From an uncultured Anaerolineales bacterium (GTDB taxonomy: Bacteria > Chloroflexota > Anaerolineae > Anaerolineales > UBA4823), in NCBI GenBank assembly GCA_937968125.1, contig CALBUI010000046.1:1-61350 (forward strand): 61,350 nucleotides of DNA, given 5' to 3'. Shown one piece after another: positions 47,933-58,457 of the stretch. Made by a program: the position numbers and the translations under genes. Numbering within the stretch: position 1 is the stretch's first letter; every line of letters starts with the position of its first letter. A model generated the notes under the pieces. The model saw nothing but the letters and a program-made list of their open reading frames with translations. It had not been told where the DNA came from and did no database searches.

Positions 47933-50515
47933 ATGCCCGCATCGCGCTGGAACCAAAGCATTATAGACCTGTTGAGCTGGTTTGATGATTTAGACGAACT
48001 CCAACAGGAACTGTTTTTAAGACCGATCACACCTCGCGTCTTGGACAAAGATGAACAGGATCAAAGTGAGATCTTAGACGAGGCGGAGCTCTTCGATCAG
48101 ATTCCGCCAGAACTGCCCATCCTGCCCTTGCGAGGTGTCGTGGTCTACCCGCAGACGGCAGTTCCACTGACAATTGGGCAGCCGCGCTCAATTCGCCTGG
48201 TTGATGATGTGATGGCTGGGGAAGACCGGCTGATCGGTTTGGTCGCTTCTAAAGATCCGGAGCTTGATATGCCGGCACCTGATGACCTCTACACCGTCGG
48301 CACGGTTGCCATTGTACATCGCCTCTTCCGGGCTCCAGATGGCACTATTCGATTGCTAGTGCAGGGTCTAGCGCGCTTTCATTTAGGGGAATTCGTCCAT
48401 TTAGATCCATACCTCAAAGCAAAAATCGAGTTATTCCCTGAATCAATGGAAGACGATCTCGAAGTTGAGGCGTTAGCAAGGAATGCACGCGATCAGTTCG
48501 AGCACATCGCCGAGATGATCCCATCCATCCCTCGTGAACTGGTTACTTCAGTGGTTGGCTTGGAAGATCCCTTACAAACGATTTATACCATTGCCAATTT
48601 CCAACGTATGGATTTGAACGATGCCCAGGAGCTCCTTGAGCTGGATCCGGTGCTTGAGAAGTTGAAGAAACTGGTCACAATTCTCACCCACGAAGTCGAA
48701 ATGCTGGAAATTGGTCAAAAAATCCAAAACGAGGCTCGCTCTGAGATTGACAAAGTCCAACGTGAATACTTCCTCCGGGAACAATTAAAGGCCATTCAGC
48801 GTGAATTGGGTGAAGAAGACGAACAGGCCTTAGAGACAGAGGAATTCCGGCAAAAGATCGAAAAAGCGGAGATGCCTGAAGAAGCTGAGAAGATGGCCCG
48901 CCGGGAACTCGACCGGCTGTCAAGACTTCCCACAGCAGCAGCTGAATATGGCGTCATCCGAACTTACCTGGATTGGTTGGTTTCACTACCCTGGTCTGTG
49001 GCCACCAAAGACGATCTGGACATCTCCCGGGCACGCAAGGTATTAGACCAGGATCATTATGGCCTGCAGGATGTCAAAGAGCGCATTCTTGAATACCTGG
49101 CTGTGCGGAAGCTGAAACTTGAACGACAGGGGGAATTTGAAGAAGAGGAAACTGTCGATGCCATCCGCAGGGTGCGCGAGGGGGTGATCCTGTGCTTTGT
49201 TGGACCTCCTGGTGTCGGGAAGACCTCCCTTGGACAGTCGATCGCTCGCGCCATGGGGCGAAAATTCATCCGTATCTCGTTAGGCGGCGTGCGAGATGAG
49301 GCTGAAATACGTGGACACCGGCGAACTTACATAGGAGCCATGCCCGGTCGGATATTACAGGCCATCCGCCGGGTGGAAAGCAGGAATCCAGTCTTCATGC
49401 TCGACGAAGTGGACAAGCTGACTTACGATTTTCACGGGGATCCGGCTTCAGCTTTGTTAGAAGTGCTCGATCCTGAACAGAATGTTGAGTTTCGGGATCA
49501 CTATCTTGAGGTCGGGTTTGACTTATCCCAGGTGATGTTCATCACGACTGCCAACCTTTTGGAACCAATTCCTGCTCCACTGCGCGATCGGATGGAAATC
49601 ATTATGCTTTCCGGGTACACCGAGAATGAAAAGATTGAAATCGCGAATGGTTATTTAATTCCCCGCCAGCTGCGTGAGAATGGTTTACGCCCGAAGGAAG
49701 TGGTTTTCACCCGACCGGCCTTGCAGAAAATAATTCGTTCTTATACACGCGAAGCCGGAGTGCGCAACCTGGAAAGGGAAATTGGTGCGGTAAACCGGAA
49801 GGTGGTCACCCGCATTGCAGAGGGGAAAAAGAAGAAGGTTAAAATCAATCCCAAATTGGTACGCGATTTTTTGGGGCGACCGGTTTTCTTTGGCAATGAG
49901 GAAGTAGCAGAGCGTACCGCATTACCCGGTGTAGCGACTGGATTGGCATACACACCAACAGGCGGGGATATATTATTCATTGAAGCCACGGGAATGCCGG
50001 GCAGCAAGGGCTTCCAATTGACTGGTTCTCTGGGTGATGTTATGCAGGAGTCGGCCAGGGCAGCCCTTTCATATGTTCGCTCTCGAGCAGAGGATTACTC
50101 ATTAAAACCATCCTTCTTCGATGAAACCGATATCCACCTGCACGTTCCCAGTGGAGCTCAACCAAAGGATGGGCCCTCCGCGGGTGTCACGATGGCAACA
50201 GCATTGGTGTCTTTGATCTCTAAACAGCCCGTCAGTGCTGATGTCGGCATGACCGGTGAGATCACCCTGCGCGGCCAAGTCTTACCTGTGGGTGGGATTA
50301 AAGAGAAAGTATTAGCTGCTCACCGCAGTGGATTGAAAACCGTCATCCTGCCTCAGCGCAATGAGGCTGATTTAGAGGACCTCCCGAAGGAAGTGCGTAA
50401 AGGAATGAATTTTGTTTTTGTTGACACTGTCGACCAGGTGATCAGCAGCGCATTGACATCCACAACGAAGAAATCCTCCAAGAAAAGGAAACCTGAGAAA
50501 AACAGCGGGGATTAA
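47933..50515 (+). CDS. lon: Lon protease (LonA)
   Basis: [34 protein letters not shown] (Ser), GGIKEK (Lys). Confidence 0.98.
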   Translation: MPASRWNQSIIDLLSWFDDLDELQQELFLRPITPRVLDKDEQDQSEILDEAELFDQIPPELPILPLRGVVVYPQTAVPLTIGQPRSIRLVDDVMAGEDRLIGLVASKDPELDMPAPDDLYTVGTVAIVHRLFRAPDGTIRLLVQGLARFHLGEFVHLDPYLKAKIELFPESMEDDLEVEALARNARDQFEHIAEMIPSIPRELVTSVVGLEDPLQTIYTIANFQRMDLNDAQELLELDPVLEKLKKLVTILTHEVEMLEIGQKIQNEARSEIDKVQREYFLREQLKAIQRELGEEDEQALETEEFRQKIEKAEMPEEAEKMARRELDRLSRLPTAAAEYGVIRTYLDWLVSLPWSVATKDDLDISRARKVLDQDHYGLQDVKERILEYLAVRKLKLERQGEFEEEETVDAIRRVREGVILCFVGPPGVGKTSLGQSIARAMGRKFIRISLGGVRDEAEIRGHRRTYIGAMPGRILQAIRRVESRNPVFMLDEVDKLTYDFHGDPASALLEVLDPEQNVEFRDHYLEVGFDLSQVMFITTANLLEPIPAPLRDRMEIIMLSGYTENEKIEIANGYLIPRQLRENGLRPKEVVFTRPALQKIIRSYTREAGVRNLEREIGAVNRKVVTRIAEGKKKKVKINPKLVRDFLGRPVFFGNEEVAERTALPGVATGLAYTPTGGDILFIEATGMPGSKGFQLTGSLGDVMQESARAALSYVRSRAEDYSLKPSFFDETDIHLHVPSGAQPKDGPSAGVTMATALVSLISKQPVSADVGMTGEITLRGQVLPVGGIKEKVLAAHRSGLKTVILPQRNEADLEDLPKEVRKGMNFVFVDTVDQVISSALTSTTKKSSKKRKPEKNSGD

Positions 50516-50519
50516 GATC

Positions 50520-50882
50520 ATGCCGAAATTGATGGTGATTGAAGATGATGCGAATATGTTCTCCTTGCTCCAAATGCTGTTGGAGTTTGAGGGATACGAG
50601 GTCGTTTTGTGGGAAGGGGGAGAGCAGGTTCAGGACACGGTCGATTCACTTTGCCAGGAAAAACCCGATCTGATATTAATGGATGTGCACCTTCGCCATC
50701 TAAATGGTATTGATGTGCTGGAATCCCTGCGCAAAGAACCAGAATTAGACGGGGTTAAAGTTTTGATCGCTTCGGGAGTAGATATGACCGGCCGCAGCCT
50801 CCAGGCTGGGGCAGATGGGTTCATCCTTAAACCTTTCATGCCGGATGAACTAATTGAGAAAATAAAAAATACGTTAGGATAG
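50520..50882 (+). CDS. Single-domain response regulator
   Basis: IEDD, LMDVHL...NG, ASG, KPF. Confidence 0.9.
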   Translation: MPKLMVIEDDANMFSLLQMLLEFEGYEVVLWEGGEQVQDTVDSLCQEKPDLILMDVHLRHLNGIDVLESLRKEPELDGVKVLIASGVDMTGRSLQAGADGFILKPFMPDELIEKIKNTLG

Positions 50883-50892
50883 AGAGAAAATA

Positions 50893-52641
50893 GTGGCAAA
50901 AAAACCTTCACGCGGCTCAATGAAATGGCGAACGATGGATTTACACCTCCATACACCCGCCTCGGTAGATTACCAGCAGCCGGGCGTGACATATTTAGAA
51001 ATACTACAAAGGGCTGAAGCGCGAGGCTTGGATATCATCGCCTTCACCGATCATAATACGATCTCCGGCTATCGCCGGATGATGGATGAGGTTGAACGAC
51101 TGGAGTTCTTGGAAAATTCTGGACGCTTATTAGCTGAAGAACAACTTCAACTGAAGGAATACCGCAGGTTGTTCAGTAAGATATTGGTCCTCCCTGGATT
51201 CGAATTCACTGCAACCTTCGGTTTTCATATTTTGGGAATTTTTCCTGAGGATAAACCCATTCGCGAGATCGAGCACATTCTCCTTAATTTAAACATTCCT
51301 GCTGAACAGCTTGATTATGGTTCAGATACGGTGGGCGCCTCAACGGATGTGATTGGCGCCTATCAAGCCATCGCCGAGGCAGGTGGATTGGCCATCGCGG
51401 CCCATGCAAATTCCAATCACGGAGTTGCAATGCGGGGATTTACTTTTGGCGGGCAAACCAGGATTGCATATACTCAAGATGCCAATTTGTATGCCTTGGA
51501 AGTGACTGATCTCGAGAAGAAGGGACGTCGCACAACTGCTGCCTTCTTCAGTGGGACTAAGCCAGAATACCCCCGGCGAATGCACTGCATCCAGGGATCT
51601 GACGCGCACCGTTTGACGAAGGACGAGAAAAGAAAAGGCAATCTCGGGATTGGAGATCGACCCACCGATGTATTAATCCCGGAAGTAAGTTTTAAAGCCT
51701 TGAAAGATCTTTTCTCCAGCAATGATTTCTCACGAGCCCGCCCCCATAGATTGAAAGCTGAGCCGGCCTACGATTTCATTCGGTCAGCTAGGGAAGAAGG
51801 GGCGAACATCGTCCAGGATTTTCACGAGAGTACCTCCATCCGGGGAGGCCGCTTATATGCGGTCGTTGCCGATATTAGCGCTTTCGCCAATACCAATGGG
51901 GGAACCCTCTTCTTAGGTCTTAACGCTGATCCGAACAAGGCTATCACGGGGATCTCAAAACCCAACCAGGCAATCACCCAACTTGAGAAGGAAATTGGCA
52001 ACCGGATTAGCCCACACCTGCACTGCACGATCGATTCTCACAAGACAGGCGGGAAGACGATTCTCCGGGTGCTGGTTCCGCGCGGAGATGATCCACCTTA
52101 CGTGGTGGATGATTACAAGATTTATGTGCGTACTGAATCAGAGACCAGTCAGGCAGTCCGAGACGAGTTAGTCAGCCTTGTCCGCCGGGGAAAGAACAAT
52201 ATTGCTCCACATTCCAGTAAGGCTGAAGATACAACTGATGAAAAAGAGATCAAAACTCCTGTATTGCCTGCGGAAGAGGATGTTGATCTGGCGCCGCGTA
52301 CCGGAGTGGAAGTGGTTGGTGTTGAAGAGCGGGACGGCGGTAGTTTCTACACCGTGCGCGACCTGCGAAATGGGAATATGGTCAAGAATGTAACTTTAAA
52401 ATCAGCCCGACGACTTTGGCATTATGCCCTGACCCAATATGCTCGTTTACCATCAGACATCGAAAAAGCTGATATCCAATGGCAGGGTGATTTTGGGTTA
52501 CTCCATCAAGGCAAACAAGGTAAACGACCCAATTATGATTTGATCCAGCGAACTCCTCAAGGCTATCGATACTTTTTTGGGGTGACGGACGATGGCATCC
52601 ACGGTCCTTGGAAAAAACCGGTCGGTCAGGAAGAGGAATGA
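50893..52641 (+). CDS. PHP phosphoesterase + Schlafen/AlbA_2 + unknown C-terminal domain fusion
   Basis: DLHLHTPAS, TDHN, GFEF, AHAN, GSDAH; ISAFANTNGGTLFLG...YVR....S. Confidence 0.88.
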   Translation: MAKKPSRGSMKWRTMDLHLHTPASVDYQQPGVTYLEILQRAEARGLDIIAFTDHNTISGYRRMMDEVERLEFLENSGRLLAEEQLQLKEYRRLFSKILVLPGFEFTATFGFHILGIFPEDKPIREIEHILLNLNIPAEQLDYGSDTVGASTDVIGAYQAIAEAGGLAIAAHANSNHGVAMRGFTFGGQTRIAYTQDANLYALEVTDLEKKGRRTTAAFFSGTKPEYPRRMHCIQGSDAHRLTKDEKRKGNLGIGDRPTDVLIPEVSFKALKDLFSSNDFSRARPHRLKAEPAYDFIRSAREEGANIVQDFHESTSIRGGRLYAVVADISAFANTNGGTLFLGLNADPNKAITGISKPNQAITQLEKEIGNRISPHLHCTIDSHKTGGKTILRVLVPRGDDPPYVVDDYKIYVRTESETSQAVRDELVSLVRRGKNNIAPHSSKAEDTTDEKEIKTPVLPAEEDVDLAPRTGVEVVGVEERDGGSFYTVRDLRNGNMVKNVTLKSARRLWHYALTQYARLPSDIEKADIQWQGDFGLLHQGKQGKRPNYDLIQRTPQGYRYFFGVTDDGIHGPWKKPVGQEEE

Positions 52642-53066
52642 TCGCGTCGGTCAAGATCCGTCCTTTCCGACAACCTGACGATTATGAAGCAGTTATCGAA
52701 TTGTGGGATCAATCGGGTCCAGGTGTACGTATGGGGAGGTCGGATACATTAGATGAAATCTCCAAGAAGTTAAGCAAAGATCCCGAACTTTTTCTTGTTG
52801 CAGAATATAATGGGAAAGTCATTGGGGCGGTAATCGGTGGCTTTGATGGCCGGCGGGGTTTGATTTACCACCTGGCAGTATCAGAAAGATATCGCGAGCA
52901 GGGGATTGGCAATGAGTTGATGTCGATCTTAGAAGATGGCTTACGGGATAAGGGCTGCCTGCGTTCGTATTTGCTTATTACAAAAGATAACCCAGCCATC
53001 AAGTTTTATGAGAAGCAGGGCTGGCAGTTGTTGGATTTGTACGCTTTAGGAAAAGACCTGCAATAA
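52638..53066 (+). CDS. GNAT acetyltransferase (YpeA-like)
   Basis: GGFDGRRGLIYHLAV...R.QGIG, N..AIKFYEK.G; ATGA overlap with the upstream gene. Confidence 0.9.
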   Translation: MIASVKIRPFRQPDDYEAVIELWDQSGPGVRMGRSDTLDEISKKLSKDPELFLVAEYNGKVIGAVIGGFDGRRGLIYHLAVSERYREQGIGNELMSILEDGLRDKGCLRSYLLITKDNPAIKFYEKQGWQLLDLYALGKDLQ

Positions 53067-53084
53067 GTACGATGGAGACAATCT

Positions 53085-53582
53085 TTGCGCATAGGTATCA
53101 TAACCGTATCTGATCGATCTGCTCGAGGTGAACGTGCCGATCTCTCCGGACCAGCCATTGAGGAACTGATCCTCGCTCAAGGCTGGGAGGTTAGTCAAAT
53201 GGATATCGTCCCGGATGAGCTGGAAGATCTCATTGATATCCTGAGTTCCTGGGCTGATTCTGGTGAATTGGATATCATTCTAACCACCGGCGGGACTGGA
53301 TTCAGCCCGCGGGATATCACCCCTGAAGCTACCATGCAGGTCGTCGAACGGGAAACTCCAGGATTGACCGAAGCCATGCGGGCTGCCAGCCTCAGTGTTA
53401 CCCCGCACGCTATGATGTCTCGAGCAGCGGCAGGAATCCGACGGCGTACATTGATCGTGAATCTACCCGGCAGTCCGAGAGGGGCGGTTGAGAATTTAAA
53501 TGTCATCCTGCCAGTTTTTGAACATGGAGTTGCCTTGTTATCTGATGATCCGGGTGCAGAAGCCGGTCATCGGAAAGTTTGA
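53085..53582 (+). CDS. mog: Molybdopterin adenylyltransferase MogA/MoaB
   Basis: TVSDR, DLSGP, TTGGTG..PRDITPEA, SRAAAG, NLPGSP. Confidence 0.92.
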   Translation: MRIGIITVSDRSARGERADLSGPAIEELILAQGWEVSQMDIVPDELEDLIDILSSWADSGELDIILTTGGTGFSPRDITPEATMQVVERETPGLTEAMRAASLSVTPHAMMSRAAAGIRRRTLIVNLPGSPRGAVENLNVILPVFEHGVALLSDDPGAEAGHRKV

Positions 53583-53606
53583 ACCTAATCGCTAAAGGAT
53601 CAATTC

Positions 53607-54200
53607 TTGAGAGAATTACGCAGTGAAGAATATCCTGATCCTCCAGAGGAGCATTCACAGCGGGGAGGATTAAAAAGATTCGCTAGGGACATTCTTGAGA
53701 TTTCCCTGATATCTTTGTTTTTGTTCGTCAGTATTAACACGTTATCAGCCCGCATTCGGATTGAATCAGTCAGCATGGAGCCCACGCTGTATGCGGGAAA
53801 TTTCGTCGTGGTAAGCAAACTGGCTTACCAGTTTACTGGACCCAGCCGGGGGGATATCATTGTCTTTCACTATCCACCAAATCCCGAACAGGATCCGTAT
53901 ATCAAGCGGATTATTGGTCTCCCTGGAGATCAAGTAATTGTGGAGGAGGATGATGTCCTGATCAATGGCGTCCGCATTGCAGAACCTTACCTGGATTCCC
54001 CGACCCGCCAGGGAGGAGAATGGACGATCCCACAAGACTCACTCTTTGTGATGGGTGATAATCGCAACAACTCTTCTGATTCACGGTCCTGGGGTGTGGT
54101 GCCGGTGGAAAATGTGATCGGCAAAGCCCTGGTAGTCTATTGGCCTCCCAATAAATGGGAGCTCCTTGGCAGCTCCTACGCTATTGCAGCAGAACCCTAG
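53607..54200 (+). CDS. lepB: Signal peptidase I
   Basis: SMEPTL, YIKRIIGLPGD, GDNRNNSSDSR. Confidence 0.95.
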   Translation: MRELRSEEYPDPPEEHSQRGGLKRFARDILEISLISLFLFVSINTLSARIRIESVSMEPTLYAGNFVVVSKLAYQFTGPSRGDIIVFHYPPNPEQDPYIKRIIGLPGDQVIVEEDDVLINGVRIAEPYLDSPTRQGGEWTIPQDSLFVMGDNRNNSSDSRSWGVVPVENVIGKALVVYWPPNKWELLGSSYAIAAEP

Positions 54201-55348
54201 TTAGTTTCCAGTATCCGGCGGGCGATAACCATCCGCTGGACTTCGCTGGTGCCTTCTCCGATAGTCATCAAGCGCGTATCTCTATAAATTCTCTCAACCG
54301 GATATTCACGGCTGTAGCCATAGCCTCCCAGGATTTGGATCGCATTCCGGCAAACCTGTTCAGCCATCTCTGTCGCATTGAGCTTTGCCATTGAGGCTTC
54401 GACCGAAAAAGGCTGTCCCTGTCCTTTTAGCCAGGCTGCGTAATATATCATCAAACGGGCAGTCTGGATTTGTGTAGCTGCATCTGCCAGCATCCATTGG
54501 ATGGCTTGATGGGATGTCAGCGGGGCGCCAAAAGTATGCCGCTCTTTGGCATAGCGCATCGCCTCTTCATAAGCCGCCTGGGCCAAACCAACTGATAGCG
54601 CACCAATTCCCACCCTTCCCCAATCCAGCACAACAAAGGTTTGTTGCAGCCCCTCACCTACCTGGCCCAACAGATAATTCCTTGGAACGCGAACATTTTC
54701 ATAGGTCACCGGGTGAGTTGGACTGCCTTTTAATCCCATCTTCTTTTCCGGTGGACCGATGGACAGGCCGGGTGTGTCAATTGGCGTCACGATCAGGCTT
54801 AGTGATTGTGAGCCACCATTTGGATCAGTGCGCACAAGCGTGACAATGAAATCAGCAATACTGGCGTTCGTGATCCACATCTTGGTACCATTGATCACCC
54901 ACTCGTCGTTTAACAGCTCCGCACTTGTGCGCACTCCACCTTTCAAGTCCGATCCGGCATCCGGTTCCGTCAGGGCAAGCGCGGCAAGTTTTCCCTCGCC
55001 TGTCGCGACCGGGGGTAAAAATCGCTCCTTAATCTCAACCTCACCGAATAAGGTCAATGGAGCACAACCCAGCCCATTATGGGCAGAGATTGACAAAGCA
55101 GTGCTGCCGCAACCCCAACCCAGTTCTTCGATCGCGATCGCTGCACTGATGGCATCTACCCCAGCCCCGCCATATTCTTCCTCTACATTCAAGCCGAGCA
55201 GCCCCATGGGTCCCATTTTATGAGTGGCCTGCCAGTTGAACTGAGCCTCCTCATCGACCATCTGGGCGTGTGGTTTGACCTCCTTAGATACGAAGTCATG
55301 GACAATTTCCTTCCATTTGCGTTGTTCTTCTGTCAAGTCGAAATCCAT
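54197..55348 (-). CDS. Acyl-CoA dehydrogenase
   Basis: ALTEPDAGSD, GTKMWITN, KMG, QILGGYGY, IGEGTSEVQR. Confidence 0.95.
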   Translation of the reverse strand: MDFDLTEEQRKWKEIVHDFVSKEVKPHAQMVDEEAQFNWQATHKMGPMGLLGLNVEEEYGGAGVDAISAAIAIEELGWGCGSTALSISAHNGLGCAPLTLFGEVEIKERFLPPVATGEGKLAALALTEPDAGSDLKGGVRTSAELLNDEWVINGTKMWITNASIADFIVTLVRTDPNGGSQSLSLIVTPIDTPGLSIGPPEKKMGLKGSPTHPVTYENVRVPRNYLLGQVGEGLQQTFVVLDWGRVGIGALSVGLAQAAYEEAMRYAKERHTFGAPLTSHQAIQWMLADAATQIQTARLMIYYAAWLKGQGQPFSVEASMAKLNATEMAEQVCRNAIQILGGYGYSREYPVERIYRDTRLMTIGEGTSEVQRMVIARRILETN

Positions 55349-55372
55349 GCGTTTTCTCCGTCATTAATCGGT

Positions 55373-55594
55373 TTAACTGCGGCCGAAAAACACCAACAGA
55401 CAAAGCAATGCAACTCCAATGCCAATAATGAGGGGAATGAGGACGATAGCAATAGTGTAAGCGCTGAACCAGGCGATATCTGAACGGCTGAAATCTGTTT
55501 CCTCCCCTGATTCAGCGAGTTGGGCTCCACAGCGCGGGCATACCTCAGTCCCCTCAATAAGCATTGCATTGCATTCTGGGCACCAATCAGGCAT
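55373..55594 (-). CDS. Small zinc-ribbon membrane protein
   Basis: CPECN...CPRCG plus C-terminal TM segment; RBS GGAGG. Confidence 0.8.
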   Translation of the reverse strand: MPDWCPECNAMLIEGTEVCPRCGAQLAESGEETDFSRSDIAWFSAYTIAIVLIPLIIGIGVALLCLLVFFGRS

Positions 55595-55607
55595 TGAACC
55601 TCCCTTA

Positions 55608-57563
55608 TCAAGCAGCTTTTTTGATTGCGGTTATTGCCTCAGGATTTACCAATGAGGAGGTATCTCCTGGATCTAATCCTAGGTGGGCTGCGCGTACCAT
55701 GCGGCGCATTACTTTCGCGTTGCGAGTTTTCGGTAGATCATCGATAAAGAGGATTCTTTCTGGGGTGAGTGGCTTGCCCAATGAAGATGCGATGGAATCT
55801 TTCAACTCTCCCCCCAATTCATCACCAGGTGGATAATCATCAATCAATACGCAGTAAACCACCAGCGCACTACCTTTGACCTCATGCGGGACTCCTATAG
55901 CCGCGGCTTCAACCACAGCGGGATGAGCGACTAGAATTGATTCTACTTCGGCAGGTCCCAATCGCTTTCCAGCGATTTTGATCGTATCGTCAGATCGACC
56001 TAGTATGTACCATTGTCCATCTGAATCGACCGCTGCAAAATCACCCTGAACCCACACGCCAGGCCAACGTGACCAATAGGTCTCTTCATAACGTTCCGCA
56101 TCACCCCAAAAACCACGTGTCATGCCTATCCAGGGTGCCTTGATGACCAGCTCTCCGACCTGATCGCGCACCGAATTGCCCTCCTCATCGAATACATCCG
56201 CGGCAATCCCAGGGCAGGGAGCCGAAAAAGCGGTTGGTTTCAGGGGCAGCAGCGGGTTACCCATCACGATTCCCCCAGAGATCTCTGTGCCGCCGGAGTA
56301 ATTGATAATGGGTCGTTCCCCTCCGCCGACTTTTTCGAACAGCCACATCCAGGGATCAGGGTTCCAGGGTTCACCGGTTGAGGCAAACAGCTTGATCGAT
56401 GAAAGATCATGAGCTTTCAGGTGCTGATCTCCAGACGGCATCAGGGTCCTGATCAAAGTCGGCGAAATTCCAAGGGTGGTTATTTGGTGCTTCTCTACAA
56501 GCTGCCAAAGTTTTGCCGGACCGGGATAATCGGGTGCTCCATCGTATAACATAAATGTGCTGCCCAGGACCATCGCTCCAAAAACAAGCCATGGACCCAT
56601 CATCCAACCCATGTCGGTCATCCAATAGAAACGCTGACCAGGGTGCAGATCAGTTCCGAAGGCCATATCCTGGGCGGCTTTGACCGGAAATCCGGCATGT
56701 GTGTGTACAGCACCTTTTGGACGACCGGTTGTTCCGGATGTATAAATTACCATCAGCACACTTTCAGCATCGATGGTCTCGGTCTCAGCCTGAGTCGATT
56801 GTACGTCAACCAGTTCGTGCCACCAATGGTCGCGCACTGGAGCCATATCTGTCTCTAGACCTACTCTATTGGTCACGATCATATGCTGCAAGGAAGGCAC
56901 CGATTTTACAGCCTGGTCGGCGACCGGTTTCATCCCGATATTTCGCCCTCTACGCTGAAAACCATCGGCTGTAAATAGTGCCTTTGCCTGCGTATCGGCC
57001 AGCCGGGTGGCTACCGCACCGGATCCATAACCGGAGAATAATGGCAGGATGATCCCGCCGATCTTGGCGATCGCCAGCATGGCCACCACAATTTCACAGG
57101 TCATGGGCATGTATAAGCCGATCGCGTCACCAGGTCCCAGTCCCAAGCTGCGCAGCGCGTTCGCAGCCTGGTTGACCCTGCGAAAAAGTTCACCATAAGT
57201 GAAAGTGCACACTTCTCCGGTCTCATCCTCCGTGATAAGAGCGGGGCGGTGTTCGATCTCGCTGCCGATATATTTGTCCAGTAGATTATGGACGATATTC
57301 ATTTTCCCCCCTACAACCCACTGCGGCCAGGCGATGCCTTTGGACAGGTCGAGGATATTCTGGTACGGAGTCTGAAATTGAATATCTAGATAGTTGAGTA
57401 TTGCTTCAGTAAACCAGGCTATATCTGTCGTGGAGCGCTGCATTAAGGAATCAAAATCTGGGATATCCTCACGTTTCATGAACCGGGTCAGGTGAGCGTC
57501 GTCGATGTAATCGGCAGATGGCCGCCAGATAAATTCACCCCCAAAAGAATAATCCTCGCTCAC
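55608..57563 (-). CDS. Acetate/acyl-CoA ligase (AMP-forming)
   Basis: YTSGTTGRPKG, STGEPW, GGTE, GRSDD, PKTRNAKVMRR. Confidence 0.93.
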   Translation of the reverse strand: MSEDYSFGGEFIWRPSADYIDDAHLTRFMKREDIPDFDSLMQRSTTDIAWFTEAILNYLDIQFQTPYQNILDLSKGIAWPQWVVGGKMNIVHNLLDKYIGSEIEHRPALITEDETGEVCTFTYGELFRRVNQAANALRSLGLGPGDAIGLYMPMTCEIVVAMLAIAKIGGIILPLFSGYGSGAVATRLADTQAKALFTADGFQRRGRNIGMKPVADQAVKSVPSLQHMIVTNRVGLETDMAPVRDHWWHELVDVQSTQAETETIDAESVLMVIYTSGTTGRPKGAVHTHAGFPVKAAQDMAFGTDLHPGQRFYWMTDMGWMMGPWLVFGAMVLGSTFMLYDGAPDYPGPAKLWQLVEKHQITTLGISPTLIRTLMPSGDQHLKAHDLSSIKLFASTGEPWNPDPWMWLFEKVGGGERPIINYSGGTEISGGIVMGNPLLPLKPTAFSAPCPGIAADVFDEEGNSVRDQVGELVIKAPWIGMTRGFWGDAERYEETYWSRWPGVWVQGDFAAVDSDGQWYILGRSDDTIKIAGKRLGPAEVESILVAHPAVVEAAAIGVPHEVKGSALVVYCVLIDDYPPGDELGGELKDSIASSLGKPLTPERILFIDDLPKTRNAKVMRRMVRAAHLGLDPGDTSSLVNPEAITAIKKAA

Positions 57564-57866
57564 CTTGCTGCCTCCAGGATGGTCAAATTAAATGTGATAT
57601 TTACCCTGGAGTCGCCCTTTGTTGTTTTGCAAGGAAAATTTTGGTGAGTGTACATTTTGCGGACTTATGACATACTTATCAGCCGATCGCATTGAGCTTG
57701 TCCACCGCCCTTGAGGTGGAATTTACCCTCCTCAAGTAAATTATATCATTCTGCGAGTATTCAATTTGGGAATGGATTGATCGGAATCTATGGTCAGATT
57801 GAGAATTAGGAATTAGCGGAAACAGTTCAGGTAGATTTTTAAATCCTATGGGAGTGTTCGATTCTA

Positions 57867-58394
57867 TTAGGGATTTTGAACGACAACTTCGATGAAGATT
57901 GGGTCGCCGAAAATTTCCCCCTGGGGATCAAATGCCTGCCATGCGCTGCGATGTACACCTGGCTCTTGTGGAGCGGTGAAGAGGATGTGGATTTCAGCCT
58001 GGGTCCCGCTGCGTGCGGGAAACAGGGCATATTCCGGTTGGTTAGTCATGCTGGGTCCAGCAATTAACCGCAAACTAAACCGGTCATCCCAATTGCATGA
58101 GCCGGAGTTTTCTACCAACCACCGTTTATCCAAAATTTCACCCTGGGCAACCAGGGTTCCATCTGGAATAGTAGTATCTTCGAGGTAAGTTAATCCCGCA
58201 GAGCAAGCCGGGGAGGGGGAGGGTTGCGGGGACGGTGTCCCGGGTTCGGCCTCGAATTCGGAGGCCGGTGTCTGGCTCGGGACATTTAACGGACTTTCTT
58301 TCGTCGGAGGACTATAAAGCGTGGGCGTAGTTTGACCAGCACAAGCAGACAGCAGAATGACGAGGAAAAATCCGATTAGAGGCGTATTTTTCAC
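57867..58394 (-). CDS. Lipoprotein with NBR1-Ig-like (FW) domain
   Basis: Lipobox LLSAC, Pro/Thr linker, D.TIPDGT...KRW.V.NSGSCNW...AP..PG...S.WQ. Confidence 0.88.
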   Translation of the reverse strand: MKNTPLIGFFLVILLSACAGQTTPTLYSPPTKESPLNVPSQTPASEFEAEPGTPSPQPSPSPACSAGLTYLEDTTIPDGTLVAQGEILDKRWLVENSGSCNWDDRFSLRLIAGPSMTNQPEYALFPARSGTQAEIHILFTAPQEPGVHRSAWQAFDPQGEIFGDPIFIEVVVQNP

Positions 58395-58457
58395 ATTATC
58401 CGTGTTATTTCCTAATCCAGTTTGCTGTTGTCAGATGTTGAACAAATATTCTCGTCT

